From Candidatus Cloacimonadota bacterium (GTDB lineage Bacteria > Cloacimonadota > Cloacimonadia > G963667145): DNA of 64,000 nt. The position numbers were made by a program, and so were the translations under genes. The notes beneath the pieces were generated by a model that was not told where the DNA came from, ran no database searches, and saw only the letters and a program-made list of their open reading frames with translations. The stretch lies in the NCBI GenBank assembly GCA_963667255.1, contig OY762940.1:480001-544000 (forward strand). Direction: 5' to 3'. Shown here piece by piece: positions 9,591-20,800 of the stretch; the first letter of the stretch is position 1; each line of letters begins with the position of its first letter.

Positions 9591-9950
9591 ATGGATACAA
9601 AACAATTGAAAAGAATGAAATGGACTGCAAGAATCCTTGCACTTGCAATATTATTGTTTGGTTTGCCATTCTATTTTGGTTATGGAAATCCACTTCCATT
9701 TGCAAATCCTGAGAATAGTGTTTTTGAGAATATTTGGCTTATTGTATTTCCTTTAATGTTCATTGGACTTGGACTTGGTTGGAAATGGGAACGAATTGGT
9801 GGCTATATGATTGTTGTCCCAATAATTCTTGCTTCTGTTATAGGTTCAATATTTTCAGAAGAAATTGGGATTCCAGGACCAATGTTTTTTCCGCTAATTG
9901 TAGGAATATTATATATTATAGTTGGACATAAAAATAATAAATCAGGTTAA
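9591..9950 (+). CDS. Hypothetical small membrane protein (about 4 TM)
   Basis: 119 aa from ATG 9591 with GAGGA RBS; four hydrophobic segments. Confidence 0.75.
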   Translation: MDTKQLKRMKWTARILALAILLFGLPFYFGYGNPLPFANPENSVFENIWLIVFPLMFIGLGLGWKWERIGGYMIVVPIILASVIGSIFSEEIGIPGPMFFPLIVGILYIIVGHKNNKSG

Positions 9951-9968
9951 TTAAATTCTCCCTTTGTC

Positions 9969-9998
9969 CTTGTTCCCAAACTCCAGCTTGGGAACGCA
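9969..9998 (+). repeat. REP-like palindrome, family B
   Basis: CTTGTTCCCAAACTCCAGCTTGGGAACGCA. Confidence 0.75.
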
Positions 9999-10101
9999 TT
10001 CTTTAGGAAGTTGATGATTTTTTTGGCTTGGCAGATACTTAAGTAACAAAAAGAACTAACAAAAAATTTGACAAAGAACAGCCATCCGCACCAATTGATG
10101 C

Positions 10102-10230
10102 ATAAATACTTCGGGGCAGGGTGAAAATCCCGACCGGCGGTGACAGTCCGCGAGCGATATCGTTGCGATAGAGCAGATTTGGCGAAATTCCAAAACCGAT
10201 AGTTAAAGTCTAGATGATAGAAGTAATCTT
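10102..10230 (+). promoter_or_regulatory. FMN riboswitch (RFN element)
   Basis: CTTCGGGGCAGGGTGAAAATCCCGACCGGCGGT...AGTCCGCGAGC...GCAGATTTGGCGAAATTCCAAAACCGATAGTTAAAGTCTAGATGATAGAAG follows the RFN consensus; P1 is TACTTC/GAAGTA. Confidence 0.95.
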
Positions 10231-10240
10231 TCGTTTTTGT

Positions 10241-10279
10241 AAACACTCGCCTCGAGGAAATTGAGGTGAGTGTTTTTTT
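10241..10279 (+). terminator. Riboswitch-controlled intrinsic terminator
   Basis: AAACACTCGCCTCGA-GGAAA-TTGAGGTGAGTGTTTTTTT; its 5' arm can alternatively pair with the aptamer 5' segment CTTCGGGGC/GGGTG (antiterminator). Confidence 0.85.
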
Positions 10280-10347
10280 GTTCCCGAAGTTTTATGTTTG
10301 TAAATTTGGTTTGAAAAAATTTAATAAATATAGAAGGTAGGAACAAT

Positions 10348-11268
10348 ATGAAAAGCAAAAAAATTCAATTGATAATCGGGTGCTTGGCAATTGGTTTGGC
10401 AGCATCTATGTGGAGTATGGACGGATTATTCATTCGCCCGCAATTTTACAAATTTCCTCCGGCTTTGATTGTTTTTTGGGAGCATTTTTTAGGAGCACTA
10501 ATTATGTCCTTTTTTGCGGTAAAATATTTCCAAGATATTCGGAGCTTGCAAAAACGGGATTGGATAGCTATCGGTTGGGTTTGCCTACTCGGTGGATTTT
10601 TGGGCACATTATTCATTACCAAAGCATTTTTTGCCGCTGTTCACGGAGAAGTCTCTTTTGCCACCGTCGTTGTTTTGCAAAAACTTCAGCCAATTTTCGC
10701 CATCTTGATTGCCCGATTTTTCCTAAAAGAGAAAATGCGAAAATCTTTTTATATGTGGGCAACCATCGCCGTGATAGCCACTTATTTTATAGCGTTTGGC
10801 AAGCACGGACTGGATTGGACACACTTGGATTTCACGCATAATGCAGCTTTCTTCGCTCTAGTGGCAGCCTTTAGTTTCGGGTCGTCCACAGTCTTTGGCA
10901 AGCGAGTAGTCAGCGATTTGGACTTCAGAGCTGCGACATCGCTGAGGTTCACCATCACTTCATTAATAGCCCTCATCTATGTAATCGTCAGTGGGCAACT
11001 GGGCAGCACCGCCGGCTTCTCTTCGACCAATTGGCTTTTCTTTGGCTTGATAGTTTTCACGAGCGGAGCAGGTGCTATTTTCATCTATTACTTCGGATTA
11101 AAGAGAGTTCCGGCATCCATCGCAACCCTTTTCGAGCTCTTTTGGCCTCTGACAGCGATAGTTTTGGACTATGTATTCAATGGTAACACATTCTCACCAA
11201 AGCAATTATTAGGATGTTTTGTCCTTCTTTTGTCGCTCTTTTTCATAGTAAAAAACAGAAAAGTTTAA
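10348..11268 (+). CDS. impX: DMT/EamA-family transporter, probable riboflavin transporter (ImpX-like)
   Basis: 306 aa, about 10 TM segments, two EamA-like halves (LQPIFAILIARFFLKEK; YYFGLKRVPASIATLFEL); lies directly under an FMN riboswitch. Confidence 0.7.
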   Translation: MKSKKIQLIIGCLAIGLAASMWSMDGLFIRPQFYKFPPALIVFWEHFLGALIMSFFAVKYFQDIRSLQKRDWIAIGWVCLLGGFLGTLFITKAFFAAVHGEVSFATVVVLQKLQPIFAILIARFFLKEKMRKSFYMWATIAVIATYFIAFGKHGLDWTHLDFTHNAAFFALVAAFSFGSSTVFGKRVVSDLDFRAATSLRFTITSLIALIYVIVSGQLGSTAGFSSTNWLFFGLIVFTSGAGAIFIYYFGLKRVPASIATLFELFWPLTAIVLDYVFNGNTFSPKQLLGCFVLLLSLFFIVKNRKV

Positions 11269-11287
11269 AACCATCCTCAAAAATCAG

Positions 11288-11326
11288 AAAAAAGGTAGAA
11301 ATTTGTAAAATTTTCTACCTTTTTTT
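11288..11326 (+). terminator. Intrinsic terminator (potentially bidirectional)
   Basis: AAAAAAGGTAGAAA-loop-TTTCTACCTTTTTTT hairpin about 20 nt after the DMT stop. Confidence 0.8.
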
Positions 11327-11583
11327 ATTTGCCCAAAAAAAATAAAAAAAGCTAAAAATCAAAAATTTCTTAGAAAATTCTTCTCATTAAATTCCAATAA
11401 GAAACAAAAAAACATAAAAAAGTGATATTTTTTTATTATAGCATCTATTTCTTTGCATTTCAATAAAATAACAAGATATGAACTAAAATTTGAAAAATGA
11501 AAATTTTTCCGTTTTTCAGTGAAAAAATATGTGTAGAAGTGTTCTTTATTTCCTTTTTTTTGTGTATTTTATATGTTTTTGTG

Positions 11584-11760
11584 GTTGATAAGTTGTGTTT
11601 TTTTTGTGCTTTTTAGTTTTCTTGAATTTTCTATTTTATTGAATTTTGGTAAAATAAGGGATGTTGGCAAAAGAGTAAAAAAAGTTTGACAAAAACTACA
11701 CAAAAGACCAGTTTGGGTAGCATAGGGGTGTTGTGTATACACGCAAAATGAAGGAAATTG
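11584..11760 (+). promoter_or_regulatory. Putative promoter/leader of giant gene 1
   Basis: TTGACA 11686-11691 with CAGTTT 17 nt later; motif order shared with the region upstream of giant gene 2. Confidence 0.45.
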
Positions 11761-11875
11761 AAGGAATAATGAATTTAATTGTATTGAAAATCAGTAAATT
11801 AGAAAAATATAGAAATAGTATTGAATACAAAAAAAATCGCTTTAACTTGTGCAATTTTAAAGAGAAGGAGATTTT

Positions 11876-14800
11876 GTGATGGAAGCTTGTAGAAATTCAA
11901 GGGCTGTGAAGAGAGTTTTAATAGCTTTATGCATGCTGATGTCGCTTTTCGTCGGTTGTACCACCGTGGTAGAAGAGTCGATATCCAGCCCCGTTGCTTC
12001 GGCAACTCAAGCGGTATACGAAGACAAAATCGTTATAGAGTGGAGTAAGGTCTCGGGCGTTTCAGAATACGAAGTCTACAGGTCTTCCACAAATTCCGAC
12101 AATTTTTCGAGTGACTATAAATCTATAGGTTCTGTCACAACTACCAAATATGAGGATTCCTATTCTTCTCTTTGCCCAGGGAAAGCTTATTACTATAAAG
12201 TCCGCTCTGTAAAGGGTTCTACTAAATCTACACCGAGGAGCTCTCCCGCAGTGGGATGGTTAAAAATACCAACACTGAGTAATATATCGGTTTCCAAAGG
12301 AACGGACACAAGTAAAATAAGCCTTACTTGGAAAGTTCCAGACAGGATAAAAACAGGTGCTGAGTTAGGATTGTCGGGATATGCCGTTATTTATTATTCT
12401 GAAAATTCCAGTGATGTGACCAGTGGCAGCACTATAAACATAACTCTTGCGAGCTTAAAAAACAGCGAAGGCAAAGAAATAAAAGACAATATAAAGAAGG
12501 GGCAGGTTTATTATTTTAGAACTCAAATTTTTGTTGTGGATGAAGGAACAAAATCTTCTGAGAAAACTCCCCTTGACTCAGGATGGACAAAAGTTTCTTC
12601 TCCTGTAAATGTTTATGCTACAAAAGGGGAGTATAGTGACAAGATAATTGTGACATGGGATAAAGTTTATGGAGTATCAGGGTATAAACTCTATAGTAGT
12701 ACGGATGGAGGATCAAATTATAGTAATTTTGCAGAAGCTGCTTCAGGAACTACGGTTTTCACCAATAGATCATATTCGTGGACAGGAGCTAGTCTTGGGA
12801 CAGAGTATAGGTTTAAAGTCACTTGTGTAAAAGACAACGATGAGACAGGGATTAATAGTGGGATTGACAGTAAAGACACTAGCGGTGTATATAATAACTT
12901 GGGATATACAAAATACGAAGCCCCAACCATAATAGGAATAACCACGGACTCTGTTGACTTTGTCAGAGTAACGGTGAAAACAACAAAAGCTCCGAGCTCA
13001 GGAGAAGATTTAAAAGTCCAATTGTATAGAAGAGAACAAGGAGCTACAACAATTAAGGAGTTAAGCAATTCCGTAGGTACTGTAGTTTCTTCTGGAGGAT
13101 ATGGGATTGACACACTGGAAGATAATACAAGTAGCGGACTTATTCCAGGTAAAAAATACTACTATTGTGCTATTGTTTACAGAAATAGTAGTGGTTCTCA
13201 ATTAGGCAAATCCAATTATTCAACGGAACAAGTGGGTTGGTGTACTATTAGTGCTCCATCTTCCGTAAGTGTGACCAAGGGGTATGATACTCTTTTGGTT
13301 AAGTGGACAAAAGTTATAAATTCACAATACTATTATGTTCTTCGCAAAGAGGGCATTAATGGTTCTTGGTCAAAACTTCCGATAGTAACTGCGGATACGA
13401 CCCTAGACCAAATGTCTTTGATACAGACTAAATATGATATAGAGACAGGCAAGGTTTACTATTACAAGGTGAGGAGTAAAAACGATATAGAGTCAGCCGA
13501 TTCTAATTCTGATTCAGGCTGGATTAAGATTGCGACACCTTCAAGCTTTACCTCGAAAGGGATTTATGAGAACTATGTAGAGTTGGTATGGACAGCGGTA
13601 ACGAATGCAAAAGAATATATTCTGTCTCGAAAAATTTATGGAAGCTCGTCAGCATATGTCGCTATTGACACTGTTTCCAATGTTACGACTTATCAAGATA
13701 CAGGCTTGGCACAGGCAACACAATATTTGTATCAAATCCAAACTGTTAGTAATGTTCGTAACAGTTCTGGAGAGTATGAGAAATCCGACAAATTGACAAT
13801 CTCTTCTACAGCTAAAACTGCGTTGAAAGTTCCTGTCTTAGATTCTGTTTCAAGCAATCTATCAGACAGAATTAATATGTATTGGAAATTAGTTTCAGGA
13901 CAAACATACAAAATATATTACATGGATGTGAACGGAGGCTGGGTAAACATAGGGACATCAACGGACTCTACGATAATCCTTACTCCTGCCGGAAATTCTT
14001 TGGTGTATGGTAGAGTTTATACATTTGCTATTACGACAACGAAAGGAGATGCCTGGGGAGAATCTGACAAGAGCAATCCTCTTGAAGGATATATGAGACT
14101 CGACTCTGCTTACAATTTGAGTGCGACAAGAGACGAATATTCTGATAGGATTAATCTTACATGGAAATCGGTTGCTAATACCGGAGCTACAGAATACTAT
14201 GTGTATAGGACGACTACAACAGAAAGTGCGAACTTCACTTATCTTGCCAAGGTTGACACTAACAGTAGCACAGAGCACTCTTATAGCGACCAATCTAGTT
14301 CATTGGATGGTGACGCTAAATATTTGTATAAAGTTAGGACCTTCAGGTCTGATTTTAATACTAAACAACCTAACGATATAAGATATTCTAATGTGGATAC
14401 AGGATGGCTGATGATACAGCCCCCCACATTCACAAGAGCTAGCATAGGGACATCATCGGACACCATAAGTCTTTTCTTTGCAAAAAACAGCAGTGGCAAG
14501 TATAACATCTATTACAAGACGAATAGTAACGGAACTGCAACATTGTTCAAAACGATAACAGATTCTGTAACTAAAAGCTTGGGTTCTAATAATTTGCAGT
14601 ATAATTTGGGAGCTTACAAAACATCTACAGCTACCTCCAATGTGATAAATGTTGATACAGGGCAAGTTTTGTATTTTGCTATGACAACAGTTGGGACAAG
14701 TCGTGAATCAGGAAAAACCCCTTTTAAACCCGGGTTTACCAAATTGCCTACACCTACTTTCAATACGGGAGCGACAAAAGGTTCTATAAGCAAAATAGAT

Positions 14801-17800
14801 ATAGGGTGGAATAAAATAACAGCAGGGGAAGACAATATCTCTTATCAAATGATAAGGACGACAACTCAAAACGAAGATACAACTTTTAGTGTTAGCAATA
14901 ATGGAACTTGCACAGATATCAGCAATTTAAGAGAAGGATTTAAGTATACCTATAGAGTTCAGGCTATAAATGCGACAGCTCAGACACAAGCCGCTGCAAC
15001 TTACGGGTCAAGCACGGATTTGTCAGGAACAAAATCTTTATGGTCAGATACTACTACAGGTTATAGCAAGTTGCTTCCGGTAAATAATTTTATGGCTACC
15101 GGACCTAACGGGACTTCTGTGGAGGACAAGGTTACTCTCACATGGACAAACAAAGGGGCACGGATATATTGTTCTGTTTTGAGGTCTGAGCAATCTACGA
15201 TAAAGTGGGATACTATCTATTCAGGATTGGTAAATGTGGGCACATATCCCGATGCTACGGCAGCAGACAATGTCTTATACTATTATAAATTGAGAATAGC
15301 CAGTGAAGACTATCCGACAATTTTTGCCACATGTGACAGTGTTTCGGGTTATGTAAAACCTTCTCCACCAAAAAATGTGGACGCTTCAAAAGCTGCATAT
15401 TTATCTAAGATAGTTGTATCTTGGAGTAAGGTTGGCTTAGCTTCTTCTTATCAGATTTGTCGTTATACGGAATCCAACGATTCTGTAGTCCTTACCAAGG
15501 ATATTTCAGAATTAACGACTACTAACGACACGGTATTCTTTAGCGATGACCAAGTAGAGAAAGGAAATTATTATACATATAAAGTAAGGGGTATCCTTTC
15601 TGACAATAGTCAAACGGAATACAGTGACATTACCACAACCTACAAAAAAGAGAAAGCTACTGGTTATACTAAAATACCGGCGATAACAAATATAGTTGCG
15701 ACAGATGGGAAATACGAAGACAGCGTTATAGTTACTTGGGACTCTCTCCCTGTGGCAGAAACGTATTTGGTGCAAAGGTCAAAAGTCGGCGGCACGAGTT
15801 CTTCCGATACGATACAACAGACAGTTACCACCAATAGACTGGTCGACAAAAAAGGCGGAACATTTATAGATGGTAAGAAATATGAATATCGTGTGGCCGC
15901 ACAAAAAGGGACAAATCTGTCAAATGATTGGAAGGCTTTGTATGATGTAGGGTATCTGTGGTTATCAGGTCCTACCGGAGTGGCTGCAACTAAAGATTTG
16001 CAAGACACTATAGTTATAACTTGGGATTTTTTAACTACCGTATCCGATGTTACGGAATACCAAGTATGGGAACAAGCAAGAGAAGATGGAGCTACGGATA
16101 CTGAACTTAAGGCGGGGCTGTCTTCCACAACAAAAAGATGGGTTTATACAGTTCCTACCAATGATAAAGGAGCAATTCTAAAGTTCTATGTTAAAGCAGT
16201 TAGCACCGCTTTTGGAACGAGTGCAAAGAGTGCAGTAGCTTCCGGATATACCAGATTGGATACAATTACCAAATTTACAGCTTCCGGCAGTTCTACAGAG
16301 AGATCTATAAATCTTTCTTGGATTTCTTCCAACAATTCGGACAGCACAGTCTTGTATAGAAAGAGCGGTTCTTCGTGGGTTAATTTTGCTACTTTGCCCT
16401 CTAATACGATTAGTTGCAAAGATACCAATTTGGTAGTTGGGAAAAGATATTATTATAGAGCACAAGCCAAGAGAAGTGATGCTACAACAGGAACCACAAT
16501 TTATTCTCCATATGTTTATGCAGACACTTTACTGACTATACCAACTATAGCTTTCGATACTATTACCAAGGGAGATTATCTTTCTTATGTGAAACTTACT
16601 TGGAAGGGATTGGCATCCGGAGATGAACTCAGATTCCAAATTTTTGTGTATTCCAATGTCACTGACTATAATAGTGGGAATAATGTTTATGATACTCTGG
16701 CTGTCGAGGAGAACGGTAAAACTTATTATGAATTTAAGCATAGCTCTGTTACGGCTTCGAGCGGAAAATTCTTAACAGGGACAAAGTATTATTACAAAAT
16801 CAGAACACAGACGACATCCGGTGGAGTATGGTCTTCTTTGACTTTGCCAGTGACAGGGAAACCGTATTATGGATGGACAAAAACACCGTCTCCGACAATA
16901 AAAAGTGTCAGTAAAGATTCTGTAGGAGCTATTTATCTAAAATGGAAAGCAAATAGTTCGGCAACTAAGTTTCAAGTATTCAGAAACTTCACCTATCCTG
17001 GTAAAGAAGAGACATTGAATATTTCGGTTAATGATACGGCATTAAGAGATGTTGAGAAATTGTTCACAGGGCACGAATATAGCTATAAGATTAGAGCAAT
17101 TAACGAAAGTTGTGAAAATGATACTTCGGAATGGACTTCCTCAGTGATAGGAATAGCTAAACTCTTGTCTCCGGAAGATGTGTCGGTTACCAAAGGAACA
17201 GTCGTAGACACCATAGTGGTCACTTGGAGAATGCCTAAGAATATTTCGGACCAAAGCTATGGAGCTACAAAATATACCGTTTACAAGAGCGAGACAAAAG
17301 ATGCCAGTAGTATGTCATATGTGGGAGACACTACGCTGAAAGATTGGAACTCAAGCAATAATAGCACAGTTTCGTTTAGAGATGTATTGAGCAGCAAAGA
17401 ACTTGGGAAGTTGTATTACTACGGGCTGAAAGCTGCCGTGGGAGCAGAAGTTTCAGGGTTTAGTGCGTTTGACTCCGGATGGGCTAAGATCCCGGCACCT
17501 ACTTTCACTGCCTACACTGCCCAAAGTGGGGGATATAATCTAAAGTCAGACAGTATCAGAATAACTTGGAGTGACCCTTGCTCGTTGAACAATCCCAGCA
17601 CAACTTATGAATTAGAGTATAAGATAGGAGATGCTGTTGGAATTACTGTCTCTAATATTCCAGCTGCCACAAAAGACACGACATGGTTTGTAGATACTCT
17701 TAATCGCTACAAAAAGACGACAATAAGAATTCGTTCCAAGAGAAGCACATTTGGTGAATCCGTTTGGTCTGAATGGATAGAAACTTATACAGCAATGCCG

Positions 17801-20800
17801 ACACCAGAAATCCCTAAGGTAATAACCGGATTGTCAACAGAGTTGAAAAAAGTAAAAATCAACTATGTTTGCCCTAACGATTGGGTAGATACTATTTGCT
17901 TCTATCGAGAGACAGCCGGCTCACCAAATACATCTACTTTGGTATATAAGATTGCTAACGCAGGTGTAGGGAAATCAAGCAGTTTTTATGACACTACGAG
18001 TGTTTGTTTAGCTGTGAAATATGCTTATAAAGTAAGATTTTACAAGACAATAACAAATTTCTCCAGTGCCAGCGACACTGTTTGTATAACAATTCCTGTA
18101 TTACCTCCAGACAATTTAGTCGCTACACAAGGAACTTATGAGGATAAGATTATCCTTACTTGGGATGGAGTGCAAGCAGGCTCTGGAGTTACGATTAGCT
18201 ACAATGTATATGTAGATAGTAACTCAACAGCAGAATTTACAAATTATGCCAATACCACTGCGAGCACGGGATTGAGGATTACGGGGAATAGTTCGCCTAC
18301 CAAAAATCCGGAATACGAAGTTCCTTATGGGACAACGCTCCCGAATAATGCTACGGAGAAGTGGTTTAATTTGGTTTTGGGTAGAAACTATACATTTGCA
18401 GTTACCACAAATATGACGACAGCTTTTGTTAATTCATCCAGCAATTTGTCCTCTATATCGAGTATGACAAAGGGATATGCAAGGATTTCCAGACCCAAAG
18501 TGATTTCTGCAAGTAAAGGCACTGATGAAGACATAATAACAGTAAAATGGAGAGCCTCTGACGCCTACAAGCATGATGCTCTTGTCTCTTATCAAATCTA
18601 TCGTCTAAATCAAGAGACGGGCGTTATGGATTCTTCTTTGGTAATGAAAGCTTCTGATCTTACCAAAAATGGCGATACGCTTACTTTGGTGCAAAGATCG
18701 TCTGCAAATAATTTGGCAGAAAAAGTTAAATATTCATACAGGATAAAAGCCTTGATGACCGCTTCAGGAGAAGTTACTACTGCACATTCGTCATTGATAA
18801 GCACGGATTCAGTTGTTGGTTGGTTGGCTCTTTCTTCTCCCAAGAACTTTACCGCTAGTGATGGACTTTCAGCAGACTCTATCTATTTGAAGTGGAGCAA
18901 TCCAAGCAAACTCACTACACAAGTCTACGCTTGCGATAGTTTGGTAGGATTGTGGAATAACCAGATAATTACTGTTGTAGATTCTCATTATTCCGTAAGC
19001 ACAAGTAATGAAAAAGACCAAGGAGTTTACAAGTATTACGGAGCCAAATTCTATCATCCTGTTTTTGGTGTTTCCAGTGTTTCTTCTACTTGTCAAGATT
19101 CAGGATATGCACTATTCTCAGGAATTACAATTAAATCCATAAGTATGGGAGAATATTTAGATACCATAAAGATAGTTTGGGACACATTTAGAAATGCTAC
19201 AAGCTATGGAGTGCAATATAGGGAAAAGGGTTCATCCGTTTGGAATACCAAAGACGACATTATTGGAAACAAATACAGTATTTCGGGAATTAATGGAGTT
19301 AGCAGAGGAATTTTGCATTATGTTAGAGTGAGAGCTGCCAATGGAATAGTTAATCGTTCCGCTAACGAAGGCTATGGGACAGTAGATACAGGATTTACTC
19401 AATTGGACTCCGTGGGCGGATTTTCTGCTACCAAGGGAGATTTGCCAGATACGATTAGACTTAACTGGTCTCGAGTGCTTAATGCAGAGTATTATTCCGT
19501 TTACAGATCGGAAAATAATTCTAACTTCATATTAATAGATACGACAGCTAATCTTGAATACGGAGATACAACCAAGAATTTGACTTATGGGAAAACATAT
19601 TACTATAAGGTGCTTGGAGTAAACAATTTGACGGTAAATTTAGCAGAAAAATACAAGAACTATTCGCCTGTTGATACCGGTTGGATGGATATCCCTGCAC
19701 CGCAAAATGTTACAGCTACCAAGGGAACATATGATAACAAAGTTGTAATTTCTTGGACTCCGATAAATAGGGTAGAAGGCTATGTTATTGACACAGCGAG
19801 AAGTAATGATGAAAATCTCTATGCGAAAATAGATACTGTTCTTCCGACAAGCCAAGATGAATACCATGTTTATGTTAACGAGATACCAGGTGGAAAGCTG
19901 GAAAGAGGTGTTAGGTATTTCTTCAAGGTCAGAGCTTTTACCTCTCAGAGAATGAACACGATTGCCAAAGCTAACCAAGACAACGGCTATATCGCATTGA
20001 ACGCCCCTGAAAATATTCAAGCTTCTAAGGGGACAAGTGCAGATACTATCACCCTTTCGTTCAAGGTTTCTAATAATTTAAACACTCTTGAAAACTATGA
20101 AATTCAGAGAAAATCAAAGAGCACGGGTGATACATCTGATGTAAGCTTTGATGCAAATACTTTCAATGTTTCAGGAGGCATTATAACTATCTATGATGTA
20201 AACAGCTTACAGCGAAGCAAAGGTTATATTTACACATACAGAGTTAAATGCAAAAAAGGGCAGATAGAGTCCGGATGGAGTTCATGGAGTGACTACGGCT
20301 GGATAAATCTTACTCCGCTTACAATAACTGTTGCCAATGAACAAGATTCTTTGATGACCGATTCTATCAAGATTTCATGGAACAAAGGTGCACAACAATT
20401 TAGCCAAGTAAACCAACTTAAAATCTATTATGACACTATGAGTGTCCCGACGAATGGGTGGCAATCCGTTTTAGTTCTGAGTAAAGCTACAGAGTTGAAC
20501 AAGGGCTATTTGATGATTAACACTCAAGAAAACACTAATTTCTTGGCTGGGACTATGTATTATTTCAGAGCAAAGAGTTGCTATTATGAAGATGCCATAG
20601 AAATCTCTTCTGCCTTTAGTGCTTTGGATTCCGGTTGGTATAAATTGCGAGCTCCGACCATAACCTATTCCTCAATAGGAGAGAGTGCCGACACAATAAC
20701 TATTAGGTGGAACGCTCAGAGCGATTTGCCTCACAGCAGTATTTCAGATATGAAGTATGTTGTCTCTCGTGGTTCTGTGTCAGAGTATAAAGTTTTATCT

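Noticed and set aside
9947..10246. 99-aa minus-strand ORF
   Set aside because: Antisense to the FMN riboswitch and a REP copy.
11330..11660. A-rich then T-rich tract suggesting a long hairpin or ncRNA
   Set aside because: Low-complexity sequence; I could not find a specific extended stem.
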